64,000 bases of DNA from a virus (IMGVR_UViG_2687453424_000001); one strand, 5' to 3'. Positions 24,898 through 37,908 are shown, counted from the stretch's first letter. Numbers and translations are program-made. Notes: generated by a model not told the origin, from the sequence alone.

Positions 24898-26150
24898 ATG
24901 CGTCGTCCCAGTCGATCTGATGGCTTGGCCAAAGAACGCCTGAGATGGACTCAAGAGCTGCATGATCGATTTGAAGATGCTGTTAATCAGCTTGGAGGTC
25001 CAGATAGTAAGTTTCTGATAGCTCGGAAACAATTTTTCCATTCATGCTTGTTCTTTGGTTTAATGTTTGTGTAAATTTTGGTTTGCCAGGGGCGACGCCA
25101 AAGGGTATCCTGAAGGCTATGGGGGTTGATGGACTGACCATTTACCATGTCAAAAGCCACCTGCAGGTTAGCTCCGTCCCCAACACTTACATATATGTAT
25201 CTTCTTTCCTGTAAATCAAAATGCCTATGGATTCATGTTTTAGTTTTATTTTTGCAGAAATACAGGATCTTAAAGTTTGTTCCAGAAACAAATACAAGTA
25301 AGTTGAAAGAAGTGAACCTTCAGTCTGATCACTCACATTGAAGTTAAGAAAAGAAAGAACTGATTGAAAAGACGGTGACCCTTTGATTCTAACTCTCTAA
25401 CTTTGATAACCATGTTCTTTTAACTGCAGAATGCAAGTTTGAGAGGAGAGATATATCAGAAATACTGCCTAATTTCGGTACAACATCGTGAGTTATCGTT
25501 TCTTTTCTGTTTTGATAGGGAATTATTGTATAGTACGAGTTTATTTTCTTATTGTGTCATTGTTGTGATTGAAAAAATCATTGAAGAGGGGCTCAGCTTA
25601 ATGAAGCCTTGCAAATGCATAAGGAAGCAGAAAGAAAGCAAGGGGATCATCAGCTCGAGGTAAACATACGGAAAATTAGATTCTCTTCGTTTTAGTTTTT
25701 CCACAAAGAAGAAAGGTATAGCCCTTCAGGGATGTAGCTAGTTTTAACAATTTCTAGAGGGGTTTATGTTTGAAGGCTCAAAGGAACTTGAAGATTAAGA
25801 TTGAAGCTCAGGTAATATTCCTTGAGAGACTTGCAGGCCAACATGGAAACCGAGCTACCCCAACAAAAGCTACCAAGCCATTCTCTCCCACATCACTGCC
25901 TTCACTCTGTGAGGAGTCTGAGTCGACTGCAAAAGATGGTTTCGAAACCGACCCCGAGGCTGACAGAAATGAGATAGAATCAGGAGAAAGAGTTCAAGCA
26001 ATGTATGCATTCGAATCATGGGACCAATATGATCATCAAGACATGGTTCTTAACAGGGAAGAAAGGGTTTCTTACCTTGCTAATGATATCAGCTTTCCCT
26101 GGAATGTCCCAGTTTGCTCATCATCCCCCCTGGTGCCTAGTTTTTTGTGA
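24898..26150 (+). CDS. MYB-CC / GARP-type transcription factor (PHR1-like SHLQKYR class), 6 exons, about 243 aa
   Basis: Exons 24898-25006, 25090-25166, 25258-25297, 25430-25487, 25587-25659, 25776-26150. Myb/SANT-like HTH signature split over exons 1-3 (RLRWTQELHDRFEDAVNQLGGPD | RATPKGILKAMGVDGLTIYHVKSHLQ | KYR), then a coiled-coil segment (EALQMHKEAERKQGDHQLE | AQRNLKIKIEAQ). The last exon is read as one long in-frame ORF; the C-terminal half has no recognisable domain. Confidence 0.78.
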
Positions 26151-28304
26151 CTTTTGCCACAACTTCCATGTACAATTGATTTTGTAAAACAAAGCAATAA
26201 AACCATATCATGGACACAAAATTGATTGCTTTCAGGGTTGTCAAATTAAACACTTGGAAGGAGCATCTAACTTAATCTTGTAAATCATGAAAGCAATCAA
26301 GAACTTCCTATCACAAGTATTCATATCTAAATAAATTTGTACCATCCTAGCAATGCTGCTTGTGTAATAAAAAGAGGGTGATCTGATATATTGTTACTGG
26401 CTTTTCATGTAAGCTTGTAAAGCATCAATTCTATTGCAATTTTCTATAAAAAAAACAAAGAAAAATTGTATTGCTAAGAACAAAATAAATTTATTAGATA
26501 TATGACGTAAAATTACAAATTCATTGAATGAGTCTGTTTCAATTTTAAGATTTGTCCTGGGATTCTTTTTGTCCTCCTTGAGCTTGAAACTTCCTTGGTT
26601 TTATTCTCTTCATCGGGTCAAGCAGACACAAACAAACAACAAACATGAGCACAGCCACCAGCCATGCCAATGGCCATCGTGGCATATTGTCCATTGGGCT
26701 TAAATGATAGGTGACCACTGACTTGGGTAAAACTGCAAGCGTGGAATGGGCTGATTTTGGTCCATAGCTGGTGTCGTGACAACACAGTCAAAAGTTTGAG
26801 GCTAAGCAAGCAATGTGTAACACATGCCTGCCGACGGGTAGTTACATTGTATCGGCCTTCTGTTCATAGCCAAACCAAACCACATTAATTCAACATTGTA
26901 GTGCTGTAAGTTAAAAGCAAATTAAGACAAGAAGCTGCCAGTTAGGCATGGTCTTAGATATTATCGGGATAACGGGAGATCAGTGAATGAACCCTAACAT
27001 TTTCCAAATAATGGAAGAGATATATAAGCACGTGCCCTTTTCCATAAACATACTAAAGGAAGCAGTGAATGAATTTGTCTAACAGGGTACTAGCATAGAC
27101 AAGTAAGTCTACAACACTAGGTATAAATTAAAGTATTCTGACTGATCCTCCTCACAACATAGCTAAAGTTTGCCTTTTATGAAATTAATATACCGTCGTG
27201 CTATATATATATATATAGTACCTTATTATAATAAACTTTACTGCAGTACCCATTCCGCAGTGATCAGTGAATGCTTTGACAAATCGATTTATTAATAGCT
27301 ATTTATGTGTATCTCTGCCTACCACAACCACATAAAGAAAAATAAAGAGACAACTTGGGGGAAAGTTTGAAAGCTTTTAAAAAACGTGCCATGGTGGTAC
27401 TTGGAAATGGGGTGTTAAATGTGGAACGAGTCAAAAAGGCCAAAACATAAAGGACTTGTAACGTAATGGACATGACATTAATACAAAGAGGAAAATTTGA
27501 GTAAGGCAAAAGGACTACTGTAAAGGGCAAAAGCGAGAGAGAAGGAACAGCAACGTATATAGTACTTTTCTGTTTATGCTTTGCCCATCCTAGCAAGATC
27601 GAAAGTGGAGACGACCTGGGTGACCTTTTAGATATATGCGGTGTGTTTGCTGACTCATGGAAAATGTTTCAAAGCATAAGAGCCACAATTATTTTTGTAC
27701 CCTCTGCTATAGCACTGGTCAAAGCTGAGACCATCGAAAGAGTTAGGTTTTAATTCGTACGGATTCGAAATTGATTTACGTATGTTTACGTCTAAATTCG
27801 TTATTTTTTAGTATAAATATATTATATATACATATTTATCATGAAATCAAATATCGGTATATATCTCTTGATTGTATTGAATTTTATCCACGTGGAGCTG
27901 TCGTTAACGTTTTAAAATATCCAAGGCAACTAATCTGGATGGTATTTAATTTGTTTAAAAATTGACATCCCCAATTTCGAAGAAAGAGCGATGTTGTCGC
28001 CTGTTGTACTGCCCCAATGGTGGTTCACATTGTCATTATTATATGCTAATGGACATCTTGGGTTGGTTGTTTTCGATATACTACTTTAAGCAAAAGCTGT
28101 ATATAGCCCATGTGATGGAAATTCATATAAAGAAAATTAATAGGTGTGAGGGAAAACATGGAACTCATTGCAGCTTCATTTTCCAACTAAATTCAAACCA
28201 AACCAAACCACAATTATTCAGTCCAAATTATCAAGTGGGGGCAGCATTTTTCTTGGTATCTTCTCGTGGCAATTCATTGTCTGCCTAACTTGAAAAATCT
28301 GAAA

Positions 28305-28327
28305 AAGAAAGAAAGAAAGAAAGAAAG
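28305..28327. repeat. (GAAA)n microsatellite
   Basis: About 5-6 GAAA units; coordinates approximate. Confidence 0.8.
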
Positions 28328-29216
28328 ACGTTTAGCTGTCTTTATTCAATCCAAATCTTAAACCCAGGAAGAAGCAGCTAGCTTACTAGCTTTATGCATG
28401 TGCAAGAGACTGCATGCTTCTTGAGTGTACTCGTATACTAAAGGAATAGAGAGAAAGAATTGTAGGGTGAGAAGTTGGTGAAATGTTCTAATCATATACG
28501 TAATTATCAATTTGTTTCTTAGATTAGTCCAGGCAACTACTCCAATTTTACATGCCAAGGCGATTTTTCTTTAAAAAAGACAATGGGATATTTATCTATA
28601 TTATGATTCTAGAAAGGAAAGAATTTATTACAAGAACTATAAATTAAGGAATAGATCTCATATAAACAAAGATATTATAAAAATGTAAAGAAATTCTTTC
28701 TGTTCATCTGCGATTGAGATTGTCTCTTTAAAAATGTATTTGAGAGATAAGTCAAAAATTCTGTTATTGTAACTTTTAATATGATTAGGGATTTTGCAAA
28801 CATTTTTAATATAAAGAAATAAGAGGTGACAATTATCTCACTAGGTTGGTCATTTGATAGATTCTATTAATTTATAACACAAGTGAGCAAAGGCAGCCAT
28901 CACAGATTGGTTTTCTGCTACCAAAATTGACACAGACAACAAGTTTTATCCACATCCACTTTATCACTTAGGCTCCTTTTGACTCAGGCAACAATTTTGA
29001 ATAAAAGGGCATCAAGAATTTATAATATGATATGACACAAATTAATATTGCTTCTTGAAATGCTTGCATACAGTAATCTTTTCACATGATCATGTAAAGC
29101 TTCAAATTAGCTGATTATAGTACTTTCAGAAGCTCTATATTTAGGTTGGAGAGGCTTGGGAGTATTATTTAAATGTAAGCGATTGGTACACATCACACAA
29201 GTACTATGTATGGAGA

Positions 29217-31128
29217 CTATCTATTGGATTTCAAGGATTCAACTTGCGCTTTGCCACATGGACCCTTGGTCCTGATGTAAAGTCTGTACTCATCAAACGT
29301 CATGGGATTATACAGAGCCGGCCGGTCCTTACTCACTAGCTCCTTGGCTGGTTCGATGAGTAAATCACTCTTTGGGTTGTAGAAGAAAGCTAGGGAGACT
29401 CGATCTTTTGCTGAATTCACGATTACCCTGTGTTCAACACTCTTGTAAATTCCATTGCTCAGCACCTGAACGTGTTTCATGAAACCTATGATCAGCTTTC
29501 TTTTGCTCTTGAAACATGGGGCAATAATAATACAGAAGAAATTGGAGTGACAATCCTAGAGAGAAAGATCAGAAACCTGAAGCTGGTCTCCAACGTTGAC
29601 AATGAAAGCATTAGGAACAGGCTTCACGGTGATCCACTTGCCATTCTTACAAACTTGGAGTCCAGCTACGTCGTGATCAGGCAGGAGAATGGTCATGGCA
29701 CCAGGGTCTGAGTGTGAGGAAAGACCTAGGGTAAGGTCAGGCTGAGGACACTTTGGATAGAAGTTGACCCTTAAACAGGCACCGATGTCTTCTCCACCGA
29801 AGGCTTTCTGCAGGTAATCTTCTGGCAGTCCAAGATTTGTTGACATCGCCTTCAGCAGCCTTCCACACAGTTTTACAACTTCAGCACCATATTCTGCTAC
29901 CAGTTCCCTGCATCCAGATGTGAACAGCTAATGATTAGTAAATTCTGCTACCAGTTCCCTGCATGTTTAAGGTTAAAGCTCTCTCCATTCGTACATGTTA
30001 CATAAAACAGTAGAAAACAAATACCCTTTTCATTTTCAACAAAGTTGGGTCTACTATTTTGGTCGGGGATTAATATTTTAACCTGAATTTCTTTCTTTTT
30101 CCTTCCTTTTTCTGTTGTGAATTGTAAGCAAACTTGAAAACGACCAACACTCCTTTGCATGTGAAGTTGCAACTAATTAACTTTTGGTAAGGTTAGGAAA
30201 GATTCGAGGGTCAAAACCATCTCCATTGGATCGATGCAGGCCGTGCGATTTGGATATGGATTTGCTTTTTAATCATTCCATTTTGACTTCATGAAATCGT
30301 TTCCCTACCCTTAGAATTTTTGTCTTCTTTAATTATTGCCTTCAAAAGAGGAGATCAAAGTTGATCAATTAACCTCAGTCAATATGGGGGTGTTTATATC
30401 GTGAGACATCAGTTGCAACCCGGGCCAAATCTAAGATTATTGGTCAGTTGACCGAATCCCACTGTCCTAGTTTTTGTTCTCTTGGCAGATGTAAGAAAAG
30501 AGAAAGAATCTCTTTTCGTGCAGAGAGACAGGAACAAAAAGAAAACATCAACGTAAATAAAACATCATGGTATCACGTTTTGTAAAAAGATAAAATAAAC
30601 AATGAGGCAGGCAGGGGGTGCAGACCTGCAAGATGACGGTTGTGCAGGCCACTTGCTTTGATTCCTCGACGAAACCGGCATGAAGTGAAGAAAAAAGTAA
30701 TCGCTCCAATCCAGAATCGCTCCTTTCTCTACTCCCAAGCGACTGCCGTACCCTTCATAGGTACTTGGCTCGTTGGCATACCCTTGCTTCACTTCAAGCG
30801 GCAGGCTGAAGAATCGACGCCACACCTCTCGGATGCGCCTCATCAGCTCGTGGCTAACCCCATGGTTCACCGCCTGGAAGAAACCCCAGTCCCGGCACGT
30901 GCTGGAGATGCATCTCAAGGTCTCCTCCCGCAGGGCTAGGTCTTTCCCGAACAGGTTCTGGAGATCAACGACAGGAATGTCAACATGTTCTTCGATTTTG
31001 GAACATGTTTTCAGGCCAGGCCTGTCGGTTAGCGGCTTGATGTATCGCTCTGGAATGGCACGTATCCCACTGTCAGACAGAGACTGAACTCGAACCACCG
31101 GCTCAGGCCAACTCTGGAGACAATTCAT
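29217..31128 (-). CDS. 2-oxoglutarate/Fe(II)-dependent dioxygenase (DOXC class; jasmonate-induced-oxygenase / At5g05600-like), 3 exons, about 360 aa
   Basis: Exons on the minus strand 30626-31128, 29577-29907, 29217-29465, all ORF-anchored. N-terminus MNCLQSWPEPVVRVQSLSDSGIRAIPERYIKP; DIOX_N region (WGFFQAVNHGV); 2OG-FeII_Oxy fold with the HxD...H iron triad and RxS (SSHSDPGAMTILLPDHDVAGLQV...YKSVEHRVIVNSAKDRVSLAFFYNP). Confidence 0.92.
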
Positions 31129-31577
31129 TCTCTTCTTCTGTTTATATAATTTCAGGGTTTTCTTTCTTGAACAACCCAGACCCTAAAAACAAACGAAAAA
31201 CCAGAAAAGGAGAAGGATAGAGAGTGTTAGAAGAAAGCAGAGCTTGTCTGCTTATATAGCTTCGCTGATGGTGAAAAGAAGAGAGGGACTGAAGGGGTTT
31301 ATATAAGGATTGGAGGGAAACAATTTCGGCGCCGTGATGGAGTTGATTAGCTCATTACCGTAAATAAAAAGTAGGAAAGCAAGTACATGTGCTGAATATT
31401 CAGTGAAGAAAAGTGAATGGAAAGAAACAAGATAGCTTAGAATTTGATTTATCTTTCAAGAAAATCATTAAGCAGCAGGCACAAGGCTAGTGGCTGATAC
31501 AGAGATGGAATGTGTTGGAAAGATGGAGAAGTAGGCTTATAGATTAATAGAGCAGTGGACTTGTGCTGGAACAAAAC

Positions 31578-31601
31578 AGAGAGAGAGAGAGAGAGAGAGA
31601 G
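31578..31601. repeat. (GA)n microsatellite about 450 bp upstream of the dioxygenase start codon
   Basis: About 12 GA units; a second shorter (GA)7 lies near 31814-31827. Coordinates approximate. Confidence 0.85.
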
Positions 31602-32255
31602 CGAATGATTTTTGCTTTTTTGACTCTGCCGAGTGGGCAGCAAACAAAATTAGGGCAGGTTCCTATTTTATTTCTTGCACGTGTGTTTTATGAGAAAGAC
31701 AGCAACTCTCTCTCATGTCTTTGGCCAACTGTAATTGTCAAATGTGTACGTGGCAATCCTAGATAGTGCGGCAATGGTCCATGTACTTTGTAGGCAAAAA
31801 AACAAAAAAAGAAGAGAGAGAGAGAGAAAAATACTTTTCCTGGTGGAGTTTGGGGGATTTGGAACTTGGATTTTGGAATTTCTTTTCCTTTTATTGGAAG
31901 GAAATCAAGGACTTGAGATGGAAAAAGAAATCCACTCACCAACTTGGTATTTGAGGCACAATTTCATTAAGTAATGTAATTACCTAATGAGCTCTACACA
32001 ACAAGTCCATTATTGATTTTGGTTTCTTTGTGATTCACATTTATGGTTGATAGAATAAACATGATAAAAAGGTTAAAATTCGTCATTATTTTTTGATAAA
32101 ATTAAAAATGTAATAATCATTACAGGAAAATATCATATTAAATAAATCGAGTTTAATTTTTAAAAAAGTCATATACATATTTATTATTGAACCAAATATC
32201 TTAATTTGGACATAACATTTACTGTACGTATGCAATGAAGTCAATTAAGTTTACT

Positions 32256-32276
32256 TCAATCAATCAATCAATCAAT
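32256..32276. repeat. (TCAA)n microsatellite
   Basis: tcaatcaatcaatcaatcaatt; coordinates approximate. Confidence 0.8.
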
Positions 32277-33539
32277 TGAAAAGAAAAAGAGAGAACCAAG
32301 AGTTTATATAAGAAAGTACTGGAAATCTCAATTATAAAAATAGGTTTCTCTTGCATTTTTCATATGATACATCATATGGTCCCAATGTTCATCCTTAACA
32401 TTATTGATTAGTGATTAAAACCGAAAGCAAAGCAAGTTCAAATCAATGCCAGAAAAGACAATCAAATCAATTGGAAAATGGCTGGCAAGCTTTCCTTTCA
32501 TTGAATTATTTTTATTTCCCTTAAGATTTCAATGACATAAAACGTGGGTTTTGGCCATGCCGCAGCTTTGATCACGATTTGGCAGAACATGAATCTTGCG
32601 TGATGGTTCTGTGAAAACTAATCAATAATGAGTTTCAAAAAGTCTGCGCCCCAAAAAATCCAAAGCCTTTGGATAACTATGCCGACATGCAAAGGAAACC
32701 AATAAAAAAAAAAAAGAAACATCATGATTAATTAATTCTCTCTTAACTTACTTTACATATGCACATGAAGTTCATAAGAGAAACATACATATCCTTGTCA
32801 GACCACTGCTGGCCAAACCGACATTATGTATATCCTAAATTCATTGTTTGGTCGACTTGTTCTTGGCCACAGAATTCATCTGATATCCTCTTCAACCTGT
32901 CTAGTCTAGTTCTTTTTTCTGTCCTTTTCTTCTTCGTAGAGTGAAAAATCAATCGACATTGGAATCTTCATCAATAGAGAATTCCTAATAAAAAATATCT
33001 CGGGATATATAGTGTTATTCATTACTGATGTATAATTTAATAAAAAAAATTTATTAATAAAAATATAACGTCAAATCAAATGAGTCGGTGTTAAAATTTT
33101 TAGACAAAAATTTCCTTCAAAAATATGTAAGCGAAGGGGAATCCTCTATAAATGTTGGAAGGTGGCATGAAGAATTAGTTCGGATGCTTTCCTTCTTCTA
33201 AATCTTATCCAATTGTTGAAAGGAATAATAATTACAATAATAATAAGAAGAAAAATAAAGTCTAATGGGTTTTGAAAGATGGGAATACATTATACATGTA
33301 CCTTTCCCTCTCCTGGTCCTTTAACCTAAGGCAAAGTGGGCAAGGCTGTAGATTCCATATTCCTCCCTCCTTCCTTCACTTCAAAAGTAAACTTATAACA
33401 CCTAAAAGAAACCTTGTTGGCTTATTGGTATTCTCTTTTGCATTTGCTTGATCAATTTGAATTTTGCTATTAAAAGGTAAATTACATTCAATGAACAAGT
33501 ATTACCTTTTAGAAATACCCGAAAATGAAATCGTTTTTT

Positions 33540-36500
33540 NNNNNNNNNNNNNNNNNNNNNNNNNNNNNNNNNNNNNNNNNNNNNNNNNNNNNNNNNNNNN
33601 NNNNNNNNNNNNNNNNNNNNNNNNNNNNNNNNNNNNNNNNNNNNNNNNNNNNNNNNNNNNNNNNNNNNNNNNNNNNNNNNNNNNNNNNNNNNNNNNNNNN
33701 NNNNNNNNNNNNNNNNNNNNNNNNNNNNNNNNNNNNNNNNNNNNNNNNNNNNNNNNNNNNNNNNNNNNNNNNNNNNNNNNNNNNNNNNNNNNNNNNNNNN
33801 NNNNNNNNNNNNNNNNNNNNNNNNNNNNNNNNNNNNNNNNNNNNNNNNNNNNNNNNNNNNNNNNNNNNNNNNNNNNNNNNNNNNNNNNNNNNNNNNNNNN
33901 NNNNNNNNNNNNNNNNNNNNNNNNNNNNNNNNNNNNNNNNNNNNNNNNNNNNNNNNNNNNNNNNNNNNNNNNNNNNNNNNNNNNNNNNNNNNNNNNNNNN
34001 NNNNNNNNNNNNNNNNNNNNNNNNNNNNNNNNNNNNNNNNNNNNNNNNNNNNNNNNNNNNNNNNNNNNNNNNNNNNNNNNNNNNNNNNNNNNNNNNNNNN
34101 NNNNNNNNNNNNNNNNNNNNNNNNNNNNNNNNNNNNNNNNNNNNNNNNNNNNNNNNNNNNNNNNNNNNNNNNNNNNNNNNNNNNNNNNNNNNNNNNNNNN
34201 NNNNNNNNNNNNNNNNNNNNNNNNNNNNNNNNNNNNNNNNNNNNNNNNNNNNNNNNNNNNNNNNNNNNNNNNNNNNNNNNNNNNNNNNNNNNNNNNNNNN
34301 NNNNNNNNNNNNNNNNNNNNNNNNNNNNNNNNNNNNNNNNNNNNNNNNNNNNNNNNNNNNNNNNNNNNNNNNNNNNNNNNNNNNNNNNNNNNNNNNNNNN
34401 NNNNNNNNNNNNNNNNNNNNNNNNNNNNNNNNNNNNNNNNNNNNNNNNNNNNNNNNNNNNNNNNNNNNNNNNNNNNNNNNNNNNNNNNNNNNNNNNNNNN
34501 NNNNNNNNNNNNNNNNNNNNNNNNNNNNNNNNNNNNNNNNNNNNNNNNNNNNNNNNNNNNNNNNNNNNNNNNNNNNNNNNNNNNNNNNNNNNNNNNNNNN
34601 NNNNNNNNNNNNNNNNNNNNNNNNNNNNNNNNNNNNNNNNNNNNNNNNNNNNNNNNNNNNNNNNNNNNNNNNNNNNNNNNNNNNNNNNNNNNNNNNNNNN
34701 NNNNNNNNNNNNNNNNNNNNNNNNNNNNNNNNNNNNNNNNNNNNNNNNNNNNNNNNNNNNNNNNNNNNNNNNNNNNNNNNNNNNNNNNNNNNNNNNNNNN
34801 NNNNNNNNNNNNNNNNNNNNNNNNNNNNNNNNNNNNNNNNNNNNNNNNNNNNNNNNNNNNNNNNNNNNNNNNNNNNNNNNNNNNNNNNNNNNNNNNNNNN
34901 NNNNNNNNNNNNNNNNNNNNNNNNNNNNNNNNNNNNNNNNNNNNNNNNNNNNNNNNNNNNNNNNNNNNNNNNNNNNNNNNNNNNNNNNNNNNNNNNNNNN
35001 NNNNNNNNNNNNNNNNNNNNNNNNNNNNNNNNNNNNNNNNNNNNNNNNNNNNNNNNNNNNNNNNNNNNNNNNNNNNNNNNNNNNNNNNNNNNNNNNNNNN
35101 NNNNNNNNNNNNNNNNNNNNNNNNNNNNNNNNNNNNNNNNNNNNNNNNNNNNNNNNNNNNNNNNNNNNNNNNNNNNNNNNNNNNNNNNNNNNNNNNNNNN
35201 NNNNNNNNNNNNNNNNNNNNNNNNNNNNNNNNNNNNNNNNNNNNNNNNNNNNNNNNNNNNNNNNNNNNNNNNNNNNNNNNNNNNNNNNNNNNNNNNNNNN
35301 NNNNNNNNNNNNNNNNNNNNNNNNNNNNNNNNNNNNNNNNNNNNNNNNNNNNNNNNNNNNNNNNNNNNNNNNNNNNNNNNNNNNNNNNNNNNNNNNNNNN
35401 NNNNNNNNNNNNNNNNNNNNNNNNNNNNNNNNNNNNNNNNNNNNNNNNNNNNNNNNNNNNNNNNNNNNNNNNNNNNNNNNNNNNNNNNNNNNNNNNNNNN
35501 NNNNNNNNNNNNNNNNNNNNNNNNNNNNNNNNNNNNNNNNNNNNNNNNNNNNNNNNNNNNNNNNNNNNNNNNNNNNNNNNNNNNNNNNNNNNNNNNNNNN
35601 NNNNNNNNNNNNNNNNNNNNNNNNNNNNNNNNNNNNNNNNNNNNNNNNNNNNNNNNNNNNNNNNNNNNNNNNNNNNNNNNNNNNNNNNNNNNNNNNNNNN
35701 NNNNNNNNNNNNNNNNNNNNNNNNNNNNNNNNNNNNNNNNNNNNNNNNNNNNNNNNNNNNNNNNNNNNNNNNNNNNNNNNNNNNNNNNNNNNNNNNNNNN
35801 NNNNNNNNNNNNNNNNNNNNNNNNNNNNNNNNNNNNNNNNNNNNNNNNNNNNNNNNNNNNNNNNNNNNNNNNNNNNNNNNNNNNNNNNNNNNNNNNNNNN
35901 NNNNNNNNNNNNNNNNNNNNNNNNNNNNNNNNNNNNNNNNNNNNNNNNNNNNNNNNNNNNNNNNNNNNNNNNNNNNNNNNNNNNNNNNNNNNNNNNNNNN
36001 NNNNNNNNNNNNNNNNNNNNNNNNNNNNNNNNNNNNNNNNNNNNNNNNNNNNNNNNNNNNNNNNNNNNNNNNNNNNNNNNNNNNNNNNNNNNNNNNNNNN
36101 NNNNNNNNNNNNNNNNNNNNNNNNNNNNNNNNNNNNNNNNNNNNNNNNNNNNNNNNNNNNNNNNNNNNNNNNNNNNNNNNNNNNNNNNNNNNNNNNNNNN
36201 NNNNNNNNNNNNNNNNNNNNNNNNNNNNNNNNNNNNNNNNNNNNNNNNNNNNNNNNNNNNNNNNNNNNNNNNNNNNNNNNNNNNNNNNNNNNNNNNNNNN
36301 NNNNNNNNNNNNNNNNNNNNNNNNNNNNNNNNNNNNNNNNNNNNNNNNNNNNNNNNNNNNNNNNNNNNNNNNNNNNNNNNNNNNNNNNNNNNNNNNNNNN
36401 NNNNNNNNNNNNNNNNNNNNNNNNNNNNNNNNNNNNNNNNNNNNNNNNNNNNNNNNNNNNNNNNNNNNNNNNNNNNNNNNNNNNNNNNNNNNNNNNNNNN

Positions 36501-37908
36501 NNNNNNNNNNNNNNNNNNNNNNNNNNNNNNNNNNNNNNNNNNNNNNNNNNNNNNNNNNNNNNNNNNNNNNNNNNNNNNNNNNNNNNNNNNNNNNNNNNNN
36601 NNNNNNNNNNNNNNNNNNNNNNNNNNNNNNNNNNNNNNNNNNNNNNNNNNNNNNNNNNNNNNNNNNNNNNNNNNNNNNNNNNNNNNNNNNNNNNNNNNNN
36701 NNNNNNNNNNNNNNNNNNNNNNNNNNNNNNNNNNNNNNNNNNNNNNNNNNNNNNNNNNNNNNNNNNNNNNNNNNNNNNNNNNNNNNNNNNNNNNNNNNNN
36801 NNNNNNNNNNNNNNNNNNNNNNNNNNNNNNNNNNNNNNNNNNNNNNNNNNNNNNNNNNNNNNNNNNNNNNNNNNNNNNNNNNNNNNNNNNNNNNNNNNNN
36901 NNNNNNNNNNNNNNNNNNNNNNNNNNNNNNNNNNNNNNNNNNNNNNNNNNNNNNNNNNNNNNNNNNNNNNNNNNNNNNNNNNNNNNNNNNNNNNNNNNNN
37001 NNNNNNNNNNNNNNNNNNNNNNNNNNNNNNNNNNNNNNNNNNNNNNNNNNNNNNNNNNNNNNNNNNNNNNNNNNNNNNNNNNNNNNNNNNNNNNNNNNNN
37101 NNNNNNNNNNNNNNNNNNNNNNNNNNNNNNNNNNNNNNNNNNNNNNNNNNNNNNNNNNNNNNNNNNNNNNNNNNNNNNNNNNNNNNNNNNNNNNNNNNNN
37201 NNNNNNNNNNNNNNNNNNNNNNNNNNNNNNNNNNNNNNNNNNNNNNNNNNNNNNNNNNNNNNNNNNNNNNNNNNNNNNNNNNNNNNNNNNNNNNNNNNNN
37301 NNNNNNNNNNNNNNNNNNNNNNNNNNNNNNNNNNNNNNNNNNNNNNNNNNNNNNNNNNNNNNNNNNNNNNNNNNNNNNNNNNNNNNNNNNNNNNNNNNNN
37401 NNNNNNNNNNNNNNNNNNNNNNNNNNNNNNNNNNNNNNNNNNNNNNNNNNNNNNNNNNNNNNNNNNNNNNNNNNNNNNNNNNNNNNNNNNNNNNNNNNNN
37501 NNNNNNNNNNNNNNNNNNNNNNNNNNNNNNNNNNNNNNNNNNNNNNNNNNNNNNNNNNNNNNNNNNNNNNNNNNNNNNNNNNNNNNNNNNNNNNNNNNNN
37601 NNNNNNNNNNNNNNNNNNNNNNNNNNNNNNNNNNNNNNNNNNNNNNNNNNNNNNNNNNNNNNNNNNNNNNNNNNNNNNNNNNNNNNNNNNNNNNNNNNNN
37701 NNNNNNNNNNNNNNNNNNNNNNNNNNNNNNNNNNNNNNNNNNNNNNNNNNNNNNNNNNNNNNNNNNNNNNNNNNNNNNNNNNNNNNNNNNNNNNNNNNNN
37801 NNNNNNNNNNNNNNNNNNNNNNNNNNNNNNNNNNNNNNNNNNNNNNNNNNNNNNNNNNNNNNNNNNNNNNNNNNNNNNNNNNNNNNNNNNNNNNNNNNNN
37901 NNNNNNNN
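33540..37908. other. N-run, 4369 bp
   Basis: Continuous n; boundaries confirmed from ORF-track X positions. Confidence 0.99.

Noticed and set aside
26618-28558. Small ORFs between the MYB-CC gene and the dioxygenase (for example 26618..26809, 27303..27596, 27962..28288)
   Set aside because: Short, AT-rich, no recognisable domains and no splice-consistent structure; treated as intergenic.
30640-31087. Plus-strand ORFs 30640..30939 and 30773..31087
   Set aside because: Antisense to the GC-rich first exon of the dioxygenase gene; no domain; explained by composition.
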